64,000 nt of DNA from positions 4,416,001 to 4,480,000 of the forward strand of contig JASGHG010000001.1 of assembly GCA_047602425.1 (NCBI GenBank). Reading direction: 5' to 3'. The DNA comes from Nibricoccus sp. GTDB taxonomy: Bacteria; Verrucomicrobiota; Verrucomicrobiia; Opitutales; Opitutaceae. Of the stretch, positions 56,125 to 64,000 are shown in pieces. The notes under the pieces were generated by a model. It was not told the origin of the DNA. It did no database searches and saw only the letters and a list, made by a program, of their open reading frames with translations. Positions within the stretch are counted from its first letter, which is position 1. Each line of letters starts with the position of its first letter. A program made the translations under genes and the position numbers.

Positions 56125-58842
56125 ATGAACCGTTTTTTTTCAGTTTTGCTACTGGCTCTTGGTTGGCTGCTGGCCGCGCAGCATGCTTTTGCCGACGAAC
56201 GGACCGACGGGGTGACGATCAACTGGCTGGGCGGCGTGGCGCCGGTGGTGGACGCAAACGTCACTTGGGGCACGCCTTGGCCAAAAGGAAAAATTCAGCC
56301 CGGCACGCAGCTGAATCTTGTGTCGCCAACTGGACAACACGTGGCGATGCAAAGCTGGCCGCTTGCTTATTGGCCGGATGGTTCGGTGAAATGGTCTGGA
56401 CACGCCGTAGCGGTGAAGGCTGGTTCGTCGGGCCCTTACAAACTGGTGCCGGCTGGTGACGGTCTTGTTAAGAAAGAGGTCGCGCCGATCAAGTGCAACG
56501 AGGAGACGACCGGTATTTCCATCGACACGGGATCATTGCAGATGCGCATCGCGCGTGAAGGCACTGCGATTTTCGAAACCCTGTCGATCGGTGATCGCGT
56601 TGTGGCGCAGAATGGACGGTTGATCGCCGTGCGTGAAGATCGTTCGGAATATTCGACAAAACATATTTTGCGCGAAGAGGAGTTCACGAGTCGGGTGCGG
56701 CGAGTTTCCTTGGAACAGTCCGGCCCGGTGCGCGCGGTGGTGAAGATCGAGGGCATGCACCGCGCGACGGAGGGAGCGCGCGAATGGCTGCCTTTTGTCG
56801 TGCGTTTGTATTTTTATGCTGGTTCGACTGAGGTACGGCTGGTGCATTCCTTCGTTTTCGATGGGGATGATCGAAACGATTTTATCAAAGGTCTCGGTTT
56901 GGCGTTCACGGTCCCGTTTCGGGAGGCGCTGCACAATCGACACGTTCGGTTTGCGGGTGAAGGCAGCGGTGTATGGGAACAGCCGATACAAATGGTTCCT
57001 GGCTATCGTTTGCGCGGAGTTCCCGAGGCGAGCGACTTCTATCAAGATCATCTGGCCGGCGAACGCGTCCCGGAAAACGACGCGCTGCCGCGGCCGGTTA
57101 AGATGGCTTTGGATACGATGCCGGTTTGGGGCGACGCAAAGCTTACACAGCTCGGCTCGGAAGGTTTCACGATCAGCAAACGTACGACGGAGGCGAGTTC
57201 CTGGTTGCGAGTGACCGAAGGCCGCCGCGCGTTGGGTCTGGCCTTGTTGGGCGACGTCTCAGGCGGACTGGCGGTGGGCGTGAAAGATTTTTGGCAGAAA
57301 TATCCTGCGTCACTGGAAATAACCGGCGCGGCCAGGCAGTCGGGTGAGTTGAAAATTTGGCTCTGGTCGCCGGATGGTCCGCCGATGGATTTGCGGCACT
57401 ACGATACGATGCCGCATGGACTGATGGCGAATTACGAAGACTGGAAACCGGGCTGGTCCACGGCGCTGGGAGTCGCGAATACGCACGAGCTGAGACTCTG
57501 GGCGCTTGATTCCATTCCAGAATCGAGCCGCTTGGTGGCGATGGCGCAGGAAACAGCGACACCGCCAATGCTCGTGGCCACGCCCGAGTATTATCATGCA
57601 TTGCAGGTTTTCGGTCATTGGAGTCTGCCGGATCGATCGACGCCGACCTTGAGTTGGATCGAAGATCAGGTGGAGGGACTCGTGGATTTCTATCGGACAC
57701 AAGTCGACCAACGCGCTTGGTACAGCTTTTGGGATTTTGGCGACATTATGCACAACTACGACGTAGGCCGTCATGAGTGGCGCTACGATGTCGGTGGTTG
57801 GGCGTGGGCGAACACCGAGCTGATGCCCGACATGTTGCTGTGGGTTTCTTTTTTGCGCACGGGGCGGGCGGATCTGTTCCGTTTTGCCGAGGCGATGACG
57901 CGTCATACGAGCGAAGTGGACGTGCATCACATCGGACCCTTTGCGCCATTGGGATCGCGCCACAACATCAACCACTGGGGTGATGGGGCTAAGCAACCGC
58001 GCATCAGCCATGCAGGATTGAAGCGTTATTATTATTTTCTTTCCGGCGGCGATGAACGCACGGGGGATCTTTTGCGCGAACAAATCGACGCGGACCTTAC
58101 CTTTACCTACCTCCAACAATTCAACGGCTCGCACTACCTGCCGATGCCGGACGGCGGTTACAAGCTCGATTTCCGGGCTGACAAGGAAGCGCCGCGACCA
58201 GAAGATTTTGCGCCGCGTTTGACCGCGGCCGATCGCAAGCCCGAGGCGCGTTTCAGCCTGGAATGGATGTGTTATGCACTCAATTGGACCACCGAATGGG
58301 AGCGAGGCGGCGACCAAAGCTGGCGCGCTCGCGTCACAACGGACATGAAAGCGATGGCCGCCCAGGCGGATAAAGACGGCGGCCTCGGTGGCCGGTACTT
58401 CGACATGTTGTTCGGCGGGCCGGAAAACATGTCGGCGCTGGAACCGATGTACGACGTTCCTGAATTTTGGACCGCCTATGCGAAAACCTGCGCGACGATT
58501 GGCCAGCAGGCCGAGGGCGGACAGATGACTGCACCGCGTTTGCTGTCTTACGCGGCGAACAGGCTGCAAGATCCAAAGCTGGGTCTCGAAGCGTGGAAAA
58601 AACTCGTGGGAGACATTCAGGAACCTTTGGCCGCGCCGCGAACCGTTTCGAATCCCGGCGTAATTAAACCCGTGACCGATCCGGCCTTTCTGGGCCGCTC
58701 GGTTGGCTGGCAATTGCACGGTGTCGCCAGCGTGCACTGGGCATTGAATGCAATCGAGACGATGGAGCTGGCCCGGCCCTGGCTGGCAGACTGGGAGGCG
58801 GAACATCTGAAAAACAAAACCACACCCAAGACGCAAAAATGA
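56125..58842 (+). CDS. YetA-like / PL26-like exo-rhamnogalacturonan lyase family protein
   Basis: TWGTPWPKG, AYWPDGSVKW, MDLRHYD, WDFGDIMH, WRYDVGG.AW.NTE, GSRHN..HWG. Confidence 0.78.
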   Translation: MNRFFSVLLLALGWLLAAQHAFADERTDGVTINWLGGVAPVVDANVTWGTPWPKGKIQPGTQLNLVSPTGQHVAMQSWPLAYWPDGSVKWSGHAVAVKAGSSGPYKLVPAGDGLVKKEVAPIKCNEETTGISIDTGSLQMRIAREGTAIFETLSIGDRVVAQNGRLIAVREDRSEYSTKHILREEEFTSRVRRVSLEQSGPVRAVVKIEGMHRATEGAREWLPFVVRLYFYAGSTEVRLVHSFVFDGDDRNDFIKGLGLAFTVPFREALHNRHVRFAGEGSGVWEQPIQMVPGYRLRGVPEASDFYQDHLAGERVPENDALPRPVKMALDTMPVWGDAKLTQLGSEGFTISKRTTEASSWLRVTEGRRALGLALLGDVSGGLAVGVKDFWQKYPASLEITGAARQSGELKIWLWSPDGPPMDLRHYDTMPHGLMANYEDWKPGWSTALGVANTHELRLWALDSIPESSRLVAMAQETATPPMLVATPEYYHALQVFGHWSLPDRSTPTLSWIEDQVEGLVDFYRTQVDQRAWYSFWDFGDIMHNYDVGRHEWRYDVGGWAWANTELMPDMLLWVSFLRTGRADLFRFAEAMTRHTSEVDVHHIGPFAPLGSRHNINHWGDGAKQPRISHAGLKRYYYFLSGGDERTGDLLREQIDADLTFTYLQQFNGSHYLPMPDGGYKLDFRADKEAPRPEDFAPRLTAADRKPEARFSLEWMCYALNWTTEWERGGDQSWRARVTTDMKAMAAQADKDGGLGGRYFDMLFGGPENMSALEPMYDVPEFWTAYAKTCATIGQQAEGGQMTAPRLLSYAANRLQDPKLGLEAWKKLVGDIQEPLAAPRTVSNPGVIKPVTDPAFLGRSVGWQLHGVASVHWALNAIETMELARPWLADWEAEHLKNKTTPKTQK

Positions 58843-60602
58843 TCCGGCTTGTTCTTTTACTGGCTGCCACCGCCATCGGCCTGTCTGCGGCGGTTGAATT
58901 TAATGTTCGCGACTTTGGCGCGGCGGGAGATGGCATGAAACTCGATTCTCCCGCGATCAATGCCGCGATTGACGCCGCTGTCGCCGCGGGCGGCGGCACA
59001 GTAAGACTGCCGGCTGGGCGGTATTTGAGTTTATCGATCCGGCTGAAAAGCAACATCACGCTGTATCTTGACGCCGGTTGTGTCTTGGTCGCGGCGAAAC
59101 CAGCTCCGGGCTTGGGCGCGTACGATGCGGCCGAGCCAAACGAAGCGGACGCGTATCAGGATTTTGGACACAGCCATTGGCAGAACAGCCTGATTTGGGG
59201 CATTGGCTTGGAAAACGTTTCGATCGTCGGGCCGGGACGGATCGACGGAGCGGGCTTGGTGAGATACGGGCCACCGGCAAAAAGCGAACGTCAGAACGCA
59301 GCGAAAGCCGATGCGGAGGTCGCATCAGGAAAAAGCATCACGGTCGAAAACGGTGAAGAGGCCCTGGCCGCCGCGGATGCGAAAAAAGAAAACCAAGCCG
59401 AGCAGCCAGGACGGCGCCGCGACATGACGGGGCAGGGCAACAAGTCCATCGCGCTCAAGCTCTGCCGCAATGTCATCTTGCGCGATTTCTCGATTCTCAA
59501 TGGCGGACACATGGTCCTGCTCGCGACCGGCGTGGATAATCTCACGATCGACAACCTGAAGGTTGATACAAATCGCGATGGCTTCGATGTCGACGCCTGC
59601 CGCAACGTCCGCATTTCCAACTGCAGCGTCAATTCCCCGCACGACGACGCGATCTGCCTTAAGAGCTCGTACGGTCTCGGCGAAGCACGCGCCTGTGAAA
59701 ACGTGACCATAACCAACTGTCAGGTGACGGGCTACGACGTGGGCACGTTTCTCGATGGAACGTTTAAACGCACGATGGAGCGTGCGCCCGATCGCGATGG
59801 CCCGACCGGGCGCATCAAGTTTGGCACGGAGTCCAACGGAGGCTTTAAAAACATCACGATTTCAAATTGCGTCTTCGACCGCTCGCGTGGACTCGCACTG
59901 GAGACAGTTGACGGCGGCGTGATTGAGGACATTGCGATCTCGAACATCACGATGCGCGAGGTTTCGAATTCGCCGCTGTTCCTGCGCCTCGGCAGCCGTA
60001 TGCGTGGACCGGCGAACACGCCTGTCGGTGTGATCCGTCGTGTGACGATCAGCAACGTGGTCGTGTCGGATGCGGATTCGCGTTACGCCTCGATCATCGC
60101 CGGCGTGCCCGGCCATCCGATCGAGGATGTGCGCCTGAGCAATATCCGCATTCACTACCGCGGCGGACTCACAATGCAGCACGTCGCCGACCAGCCGACG
60201 ACGTTGACGAACCATTTCTTCCAACGCAAACCCGGCCAACGCATGTCGCCCGCGGAACAGCGACCGGAAAAGGAACCGCGCGAACCGTTCGACGTGCCTG
60301 AGCGTGAGGTCGGTTATCCCGAGCCGAGTATGTTCGGTTTATTGCCTGCGTACGGATTTTTCATTCGCCACGCGAACGACATCACTGTGGATAACGTCGA
60401 AGTAGGCTTCGCCAAGGAAGACACGCGCCCTGCGGTGGTGCTGATGGACGTGGCAGGAATCACGTTCGATCGTTTCAAAGCCCAACGTGCAGGCGGCACA
60501 GCGCTGTTCGAGCTACGCGACGTCAGCGATTTCACCATGCGGAATTGCCCCTCCATTTCAGACACCTACAAAAAGACAGTTAAGCTGAAGAGTCTGAAGT
60601 GA
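58839..60602 (+). CDS. GH28 polygalacturonase/rhamnogalacturonase family hydrolase
   Basis: FGAAGDG, NRDG, HDDAICLKS, RIKFGTES, beta-helix repeats. Confidence 0.9.
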   Translation: MIRLVLLLAATAIGLSAAVEFNVRDFGAAGDGMKLDSPAINAAIDAAVAAGGGTVRLPAGRYLSLSIRLKSNITLYLDAGCVLVAAKPAPGLGAYDAAEPNEADAYQDFGHSHWQNSLIWGIGLENVSIVGPGRIDGAGLVRYGPPAKSERQNAAKADAEVASGKSITVENGEEALAAADAKKENQAEQPGRRRDMTGQGNKSIALKLCRNVILRDFSILNGGHMVLLATGVDNLTIDNLKVDTNRDGFDVDACRNVRISNCSVNSPHDDAICLKSSYGLGEARACENVTITNCQVTGYDVGTFLDGTFKRTMERAPDRDGPTGRIKFGTESNGGFKNITISNCVFDRSRGLALETVDGGVIEDIAISNITMREVSNSPLFLRLGSRMRGPANTPVGVIRRVTISNVVVSDADSRYASIIAGVPGHPIEDVRLSNIRIHYRGGLTMQHVADQPTTLTNHFFQRKPGQRMSPAEQRPEKEPREPFDVPEREVGYPEPSMFGLLPAYGFFIRHANDITVDNVEVGFAKEDTRPAVVLMDVAGITFDRFKAQRAGGTALFELRDVSDFTMRNCPSISDTYKKTVKLKSLK

Positions 60603-60633
60603 TCCGGACGAAGACCGAAGCAGAGTGTTCAAA

Positions 60634-60719
60634 GGTAGGGACGACCCGCCGGGTCGTCCGTCAACGTTGCTAAAGAATCGCTCACGCACAACCGGACGGC
60701 CCGGTGGTCCGTCCCTACC
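60634..60719. repeat. REPIN (inverted GTAG-REP doublet, 86 bp)
   Basis: GGTAGGGACGACCCGCCGGGTCGTCC ... GGACGGCCCGGTGGTCCGTCCCTACC. Confidence 0.85.
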
Positions 60720-60732
60720 TTCAACCTGCCCG

Positions 60733-60963
60733 GACATTCGTTCGGAACAGATCGGCCCGCATTTTGGGGGTAGCGACGAGTATTTAAGAGGCACCGACAA
60801 CCGTTCAGGAAACATCGGCGCGCGTGCGCATGATTCTGACCACGGTTCAGAACCCATCGACCGTTGCGCCCATTCTTTCGACCGTGCTGCAAAACGCATT
60901 AACGCGCCTGCGGATTCTCCCGACAACCGTTCAACACCCATCGACATTCGTTCAAAGGCCGGC
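60733..60963. repeat. Degenerate 21-bp periodic tract (~11 units)
   Basis: GAC/GGC/AAC recurs every 21 bp from 60733 to 60943, often with GTTC at offset +7. Confidence 0.65.
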
Positions 60964-61042
60964 GCGTTTCCTTCGGAAGACTGCTTCCTCTGGTGCGACA
61001 GCGATCAGAGCTATTTTAGCGACGTTCCAAATGCCGGCGGGC

Positions 61043-62392
61043 TCAGTGGCCGCCGGTTTTGATGCCGCTGGTGAGTGATTCGGCTTTGCTGAACTTCGAC
61101 CAGTTGTAGCCGTAGAAGGCGATGAAGATGAAGCAGGCGAGCGGAACGATGAAGGCTTTTGACATACCGTAATGATCGCCCACAGCACCCATCAACTTTG
61201 GCACGATAGCGCCGCCCATGATTGCCATTACGATGTAGGCTGAGGCGCGTTTGGCCCGTGCACCCAAGCCGTGGATGCCAAGTGCGAAGATCGTCGGAAA
61301 CATGATCGACATGAAAAAGTAGCTTAGGAAAACCGCAGCGACTGACAGCCAGCCGAGTTTCAAGAAAACCAGACCGCAAACGATCACGTTGAGCAGACCA
61401 TAGAGTCCGAGAACTTTGTGAGCGGAGAATTTTTTCAAGATCGCGGCCCCGCTGAAACGTCCGGCGAGGAAACAGAAGAAACCGACCGAGGCCAGCTTAG
61501 CGGCGCCTGCATCGCTGATATGGATAAGCCCGTCTTTGCCGGTTTCGGTAATCGACTTGAGCCACGACCATTCCCAGGAAGTCGGAATGGCGGGAACCTG
61601 AGAAGTCATGTAGTTAATGAAGAAACTAAAAATGCCGGATTGGGCGGCGACGTAGAGAAACTGTGCGACCACGGCCAAGACGAAGTGGGGATGGGACCAG
61701 ATTGAATGCGAGGCGCCAGGAGTTTTGTCATCCAGATGATATTCGTCCTCGGTTTTGATGTCGGGCATCGGAGCGAAATAGAACACAACCGAAAGCAGCA
61801 ACACAAAGGCGCCGACGGCGGCGTAGGGAATCCAGAGAGTTTCCGATCCTGTTTTCTGTCCCGCGGCGTTGGTTGAGTAAAAAAACATACTGCCAGCGAT
61901 GGGGCCGAAAATCCAACCAATGCCATTGCAGGACTGGGCAAGATTGATGCGGGTGGCGGCGAATTGTTTCGGACCGAGAACGGTTGTGTAAGGATTGGCG
62001 ATGGTTTCGAGGAAAGTGAGGCCCGAAGCGATCAAGCAGACACCGACAAGAAACGCCCAGAACTGCGCAATGTGCGTGGCAGGGATGAACCAGAAGCCAC
62101 CGACAGCGACCATGAGCAGGCCGGCAATGATGCCACCTTTGTAGCCGAGTTTGGTGGCGAGCCAACCGGCGGGCAGCGCCATGAGAAAATAACCGAGGTA
62201 ATGGGCGAATTGCACCCACGCGGACTGGGCGAGCGAGAGGTGGAGTTCGTCCTGAAAATGTTTGTCCATCACGTCGATCATCCCGTTGCAGAATCCCCAG
62301 AGGAGGAAAAGGGAACTGACGAGGGTGAAGGTGACGACGAGGCTTTTGCCTTCGGCGCTGGTGAACATGCCGGGTTTTTGATCAGAGCTCAT
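61043..62392 (-). CDS. FucP-family MFS sugar:H+ symporter
   Basis: LFLLWGF, GYKGG, FLETIANPY, RINLAQS.NG.G, SIMFPTIF, MAIMGGA; start 62392. Confidence 0.88.
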   Translation of the reverse strand: MSSDQKPGMFTSAEGKSLVVTFTLVSSLFLLWGFCNGMIDVMDKHFQDELHLSLAQSAWVQFAHYLGYFLMALPAGWLATKLGYKGGIIAGLLMVAVGGFWFIPATHIAQFWAFLVGVCLIASGLTFLETIANPYTTVLGPKQFAATRINLAQSCNGIGWIFGPIAGSMFFYSTNAAGQKTGSETLWIPYAAVGAFVLLLSVVFYFAPMPDIKTEDEYHLDDKTPGASHSIWSHPHFVLAVVAQFLYVAAQSGIFSFFINYMTSQVPAIPTSWEWSWLKSITETGKDGLIHISDAGAAKLASVGFFCFLAGRFSGAAILKKFSAHKVLGLYGLLNVIVCGLVFLKLGWLSVAAVFLSYFFMSIMFPTIFALGIHGLGARAKRASAYIVMAIMGGAIVPKLMGAVGDHYGMSKAFIVPLACFIFIAFYGYNWSKFSKAESLTSGIKTGGH

Positions 62393-62561
62393 GGGGATGC
62401 TGGGTGAAGCAGGGTGGTTGTGTGATGCGAGCACTGCCGGGAGCGGAAGGGCAGTGACTAAGAAAAGCGGGGTGAGAGTGGGAAGGGAGCGGGGGTGAGG
62501 CAACTGAAATGGTCCGTTGGCAGGGGCGCGACGGACCAGAATTTTAAATACGAATCTCGCA

Positions 62562-62689
62562 GAGGAACACGAATGAGAAATGCCTTCTAACCACTTATGG
62601 ACACTGAGAGACACTGATGCCGGAGATGTTTTTCCGGATAAGTGCTCATCAGTGAAAATAAGTGGTTAAGAATTCCATTCGTGTTGCTC
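62562..62689. repeat. Nested inverted-repeat elements
   Basis: Outer GAGGAACACGAATG/CATTCGTGTTGCTC; inner TAACCACTTA...CACTGAT / ATCAGTG...TAAGTGGTTA. Confidence 0.55.
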
Positions 62690-62718
62690 GTTATAATCCG
62701 TGGTTGTTGTTCGGATTC

Positions 62719-64000
62719 TTAGAACGGCTTTCCGTCGGCTTTGGTGCCGCAGAGCGAAACGTCGAGGCCGAGGTCGCGGGCGAGCGCGGCTTTCGCGTAG
62801 AGTGCGAGGTCGGCGTCTTTGGCGGAGTTCGCGTAGACGACTTGGATGTGGTTGGCCTTGTGACGGGCCATCATCTGGTCGCGCGAAACGCCGTAAGTGA
62901 CCGCATGCATGATCGGCCATTCGACGGTGGTTTCCTTCCAGCGGCGTTCGGTTTCCTCCTTGGGCAAGGTTATGACCTTGGCGCGGCCGAGGTCCATCTT
63001 GAGCTTGCCCTTGTCGACGAAGACGCGGCTCCAGACGATTTCGCCGGGTTTGGCGATGCCGCGGAGCGTGCCGCCGCCGAGGCGGAAATACATGCCGGGC
63101 TGACGGAGCGAGTCGCTTCCGGCCCAACCATCGATGTGGTGCGCGGCCGGAGCCGAACCAGAGATAAGGAACACCCAGACGTATTCGTCGGTGGTACCGC
63201 TCTTGTCGTCATCACCCCAGCGCAGATCGTGCAGTGTGTTTTCGACGGGCTGGCCGAGGGCCTTGTGCACGCGGTAGGTAAGCAGGCCGTCGAGGCCGGC
63301 GCATTCGTCGACTTCGTTGAAGTGCGGGATCGGTTCGCCGTGACGGATGATCGTGCCGTCGGTGCGTTTGACCGGCGGCCGGTCGGAATTGTTGAGCGTG
63401 CCCTCGACGAGGTCGGAGGCGGGGATGAGGTCCTTGAGACCCTGCTGGTATTGGATGCCGATGGTGTCGCAACCGAACTCGTCGGCGATGCGAACGGCGG
63501 CGATGTACATTTTGCACTGCCAGATGACCTGGTTCGGCGTGAGCTCGGTGGCTTCATTGGTGCCGAAATGAAACTTTAGGCCTTTGGACTGGTACCAGTT
63601 GAAGACTTCGGTCGCATCTTCCTCGGAAACCTGAGTCGCTCCATAGTAGAGGGCGGATTGCGACAGGCGTTCCTTGTACACTCCGGTGGAGAAAAGCATT
63701 TCGTCGGGGATGATTGCGTTGTACATGCCCATGCAGCCCTCGTCGAAGACGCCCATGATGGCCTTGCGGCGCTTGAGATCGGCGGCGATTTTTTTGGCGG
63801 TGGCGGACGCTTTGGTTGGCACGGCGCACTTGGCGAGCGGCTTGACGTGGGCGGTCTTGTGTTTGACCTCGCCGGTCTTGAGCCAGGAGGCCAGCCCGTT
63901 GAGGAAGAGCTCGTCGTCGAAATTGATGCTCCAGAGCGTCGAATATTTCACGCCGGCCTTGGTCAGGCCGCCGTTGAGATTGAGCATGCCGACGAGGCCG
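62719..64000 (-). CDS. L-fucose isomerase-family protein (5' end outside the window)
   Basis: [30 protein letters not shown]-terminus; upstream of the FucP-like permease. Confidence 0.72.
   Translation of the reverse strand, partial: GLVGMLNLNGGLTKAGVKYSTLWSINFDDELFLNGLASWLKTGEVKHKTAHVKPLAKCAVPTKASATAKKIAADLKRRKAIMGVFDEGCMGMYNAIIPDEMLFSTGVYKERLSQSALYYGATQVSEEDATEVFNWYQSKGLKFHFGTNEATELTPNQVIWQCKMYIAAVRIADEFGCDTIGIQYQQGLKDLIPASDLVEGTLNNSDRPPVKRTDGTIIRHGEPIPHFNEVDECAGLDGLLTYRVHKALGQPVENTLHDLRWGDDDKSGTTDEYVWVFLISGSAPAAHHIDGWAGSDSLRQPGMYFRLGGGTLRGIAKPGEIVWSRVFVDKGKLKMDLGRAKVITLPKEETERRWKETTVEWPIMHAVTYGVSRDQMMARHKANHIQVVYANSAKDADLALYAKAALARDLGLDVSLCGTKADGKPF

Noticed and set aside
60625..61062. 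145-aa protein
   Set aside because: It starts just upstream of the REPIN and reads through it and the periodic tract; no RBS and no coding bias

Overview
This is GC-rich bacterial chromosome; gene style and content suggest Verrucomicrobiota/Opitutaceae (inference only). 1-25.4 kb is mostly housekeeping: a TonB-dependent receptor, recO, ROK kinase, ileS-dksA-like-lspA, hemF-hemE, tyrA-aroA-cmk-plsC, PIN/TRAM, and an OmpR/HK pair with secreted and beta-barrel genes. 25.4-33 kb is accessory: REP/REPIN repeats, a RAYT transposase inside a REP array, an AT-rich AAA+/wHTH orphan, and a stand-alone EF-G paralogue behind a probable leader-peptide attenuator. The highlight, about 33.0-48.05 kb, is an apparently intact ~15 kb non-tailed, PM2-like double-jelly-roll prophage integrated in tRNA-Ala(CGC) and bounded by exact 19-bp att repeats. 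It encodes a tyrosine integrase, two Xis-like HTH proteins, an HUH rolling-circle Rep, an A32/P9-type packaging ATPase, a 277-aa PM2-P2-like major capsid protein, small membrane proteins, penton/spike candidates, a lysis-like module with no recognisable endolysin, and AT-rich cargo. 49.7-64 kb is a rhamnogalacturonan-degradation operon (GH105, PL11, CE12, CBM9-like/PKD, YetA/PL26-like, GH28) converging on a FucP-like permease and a fucose-isomerase-family gene. All product calls come from motif recognition by eye; no searches were run.
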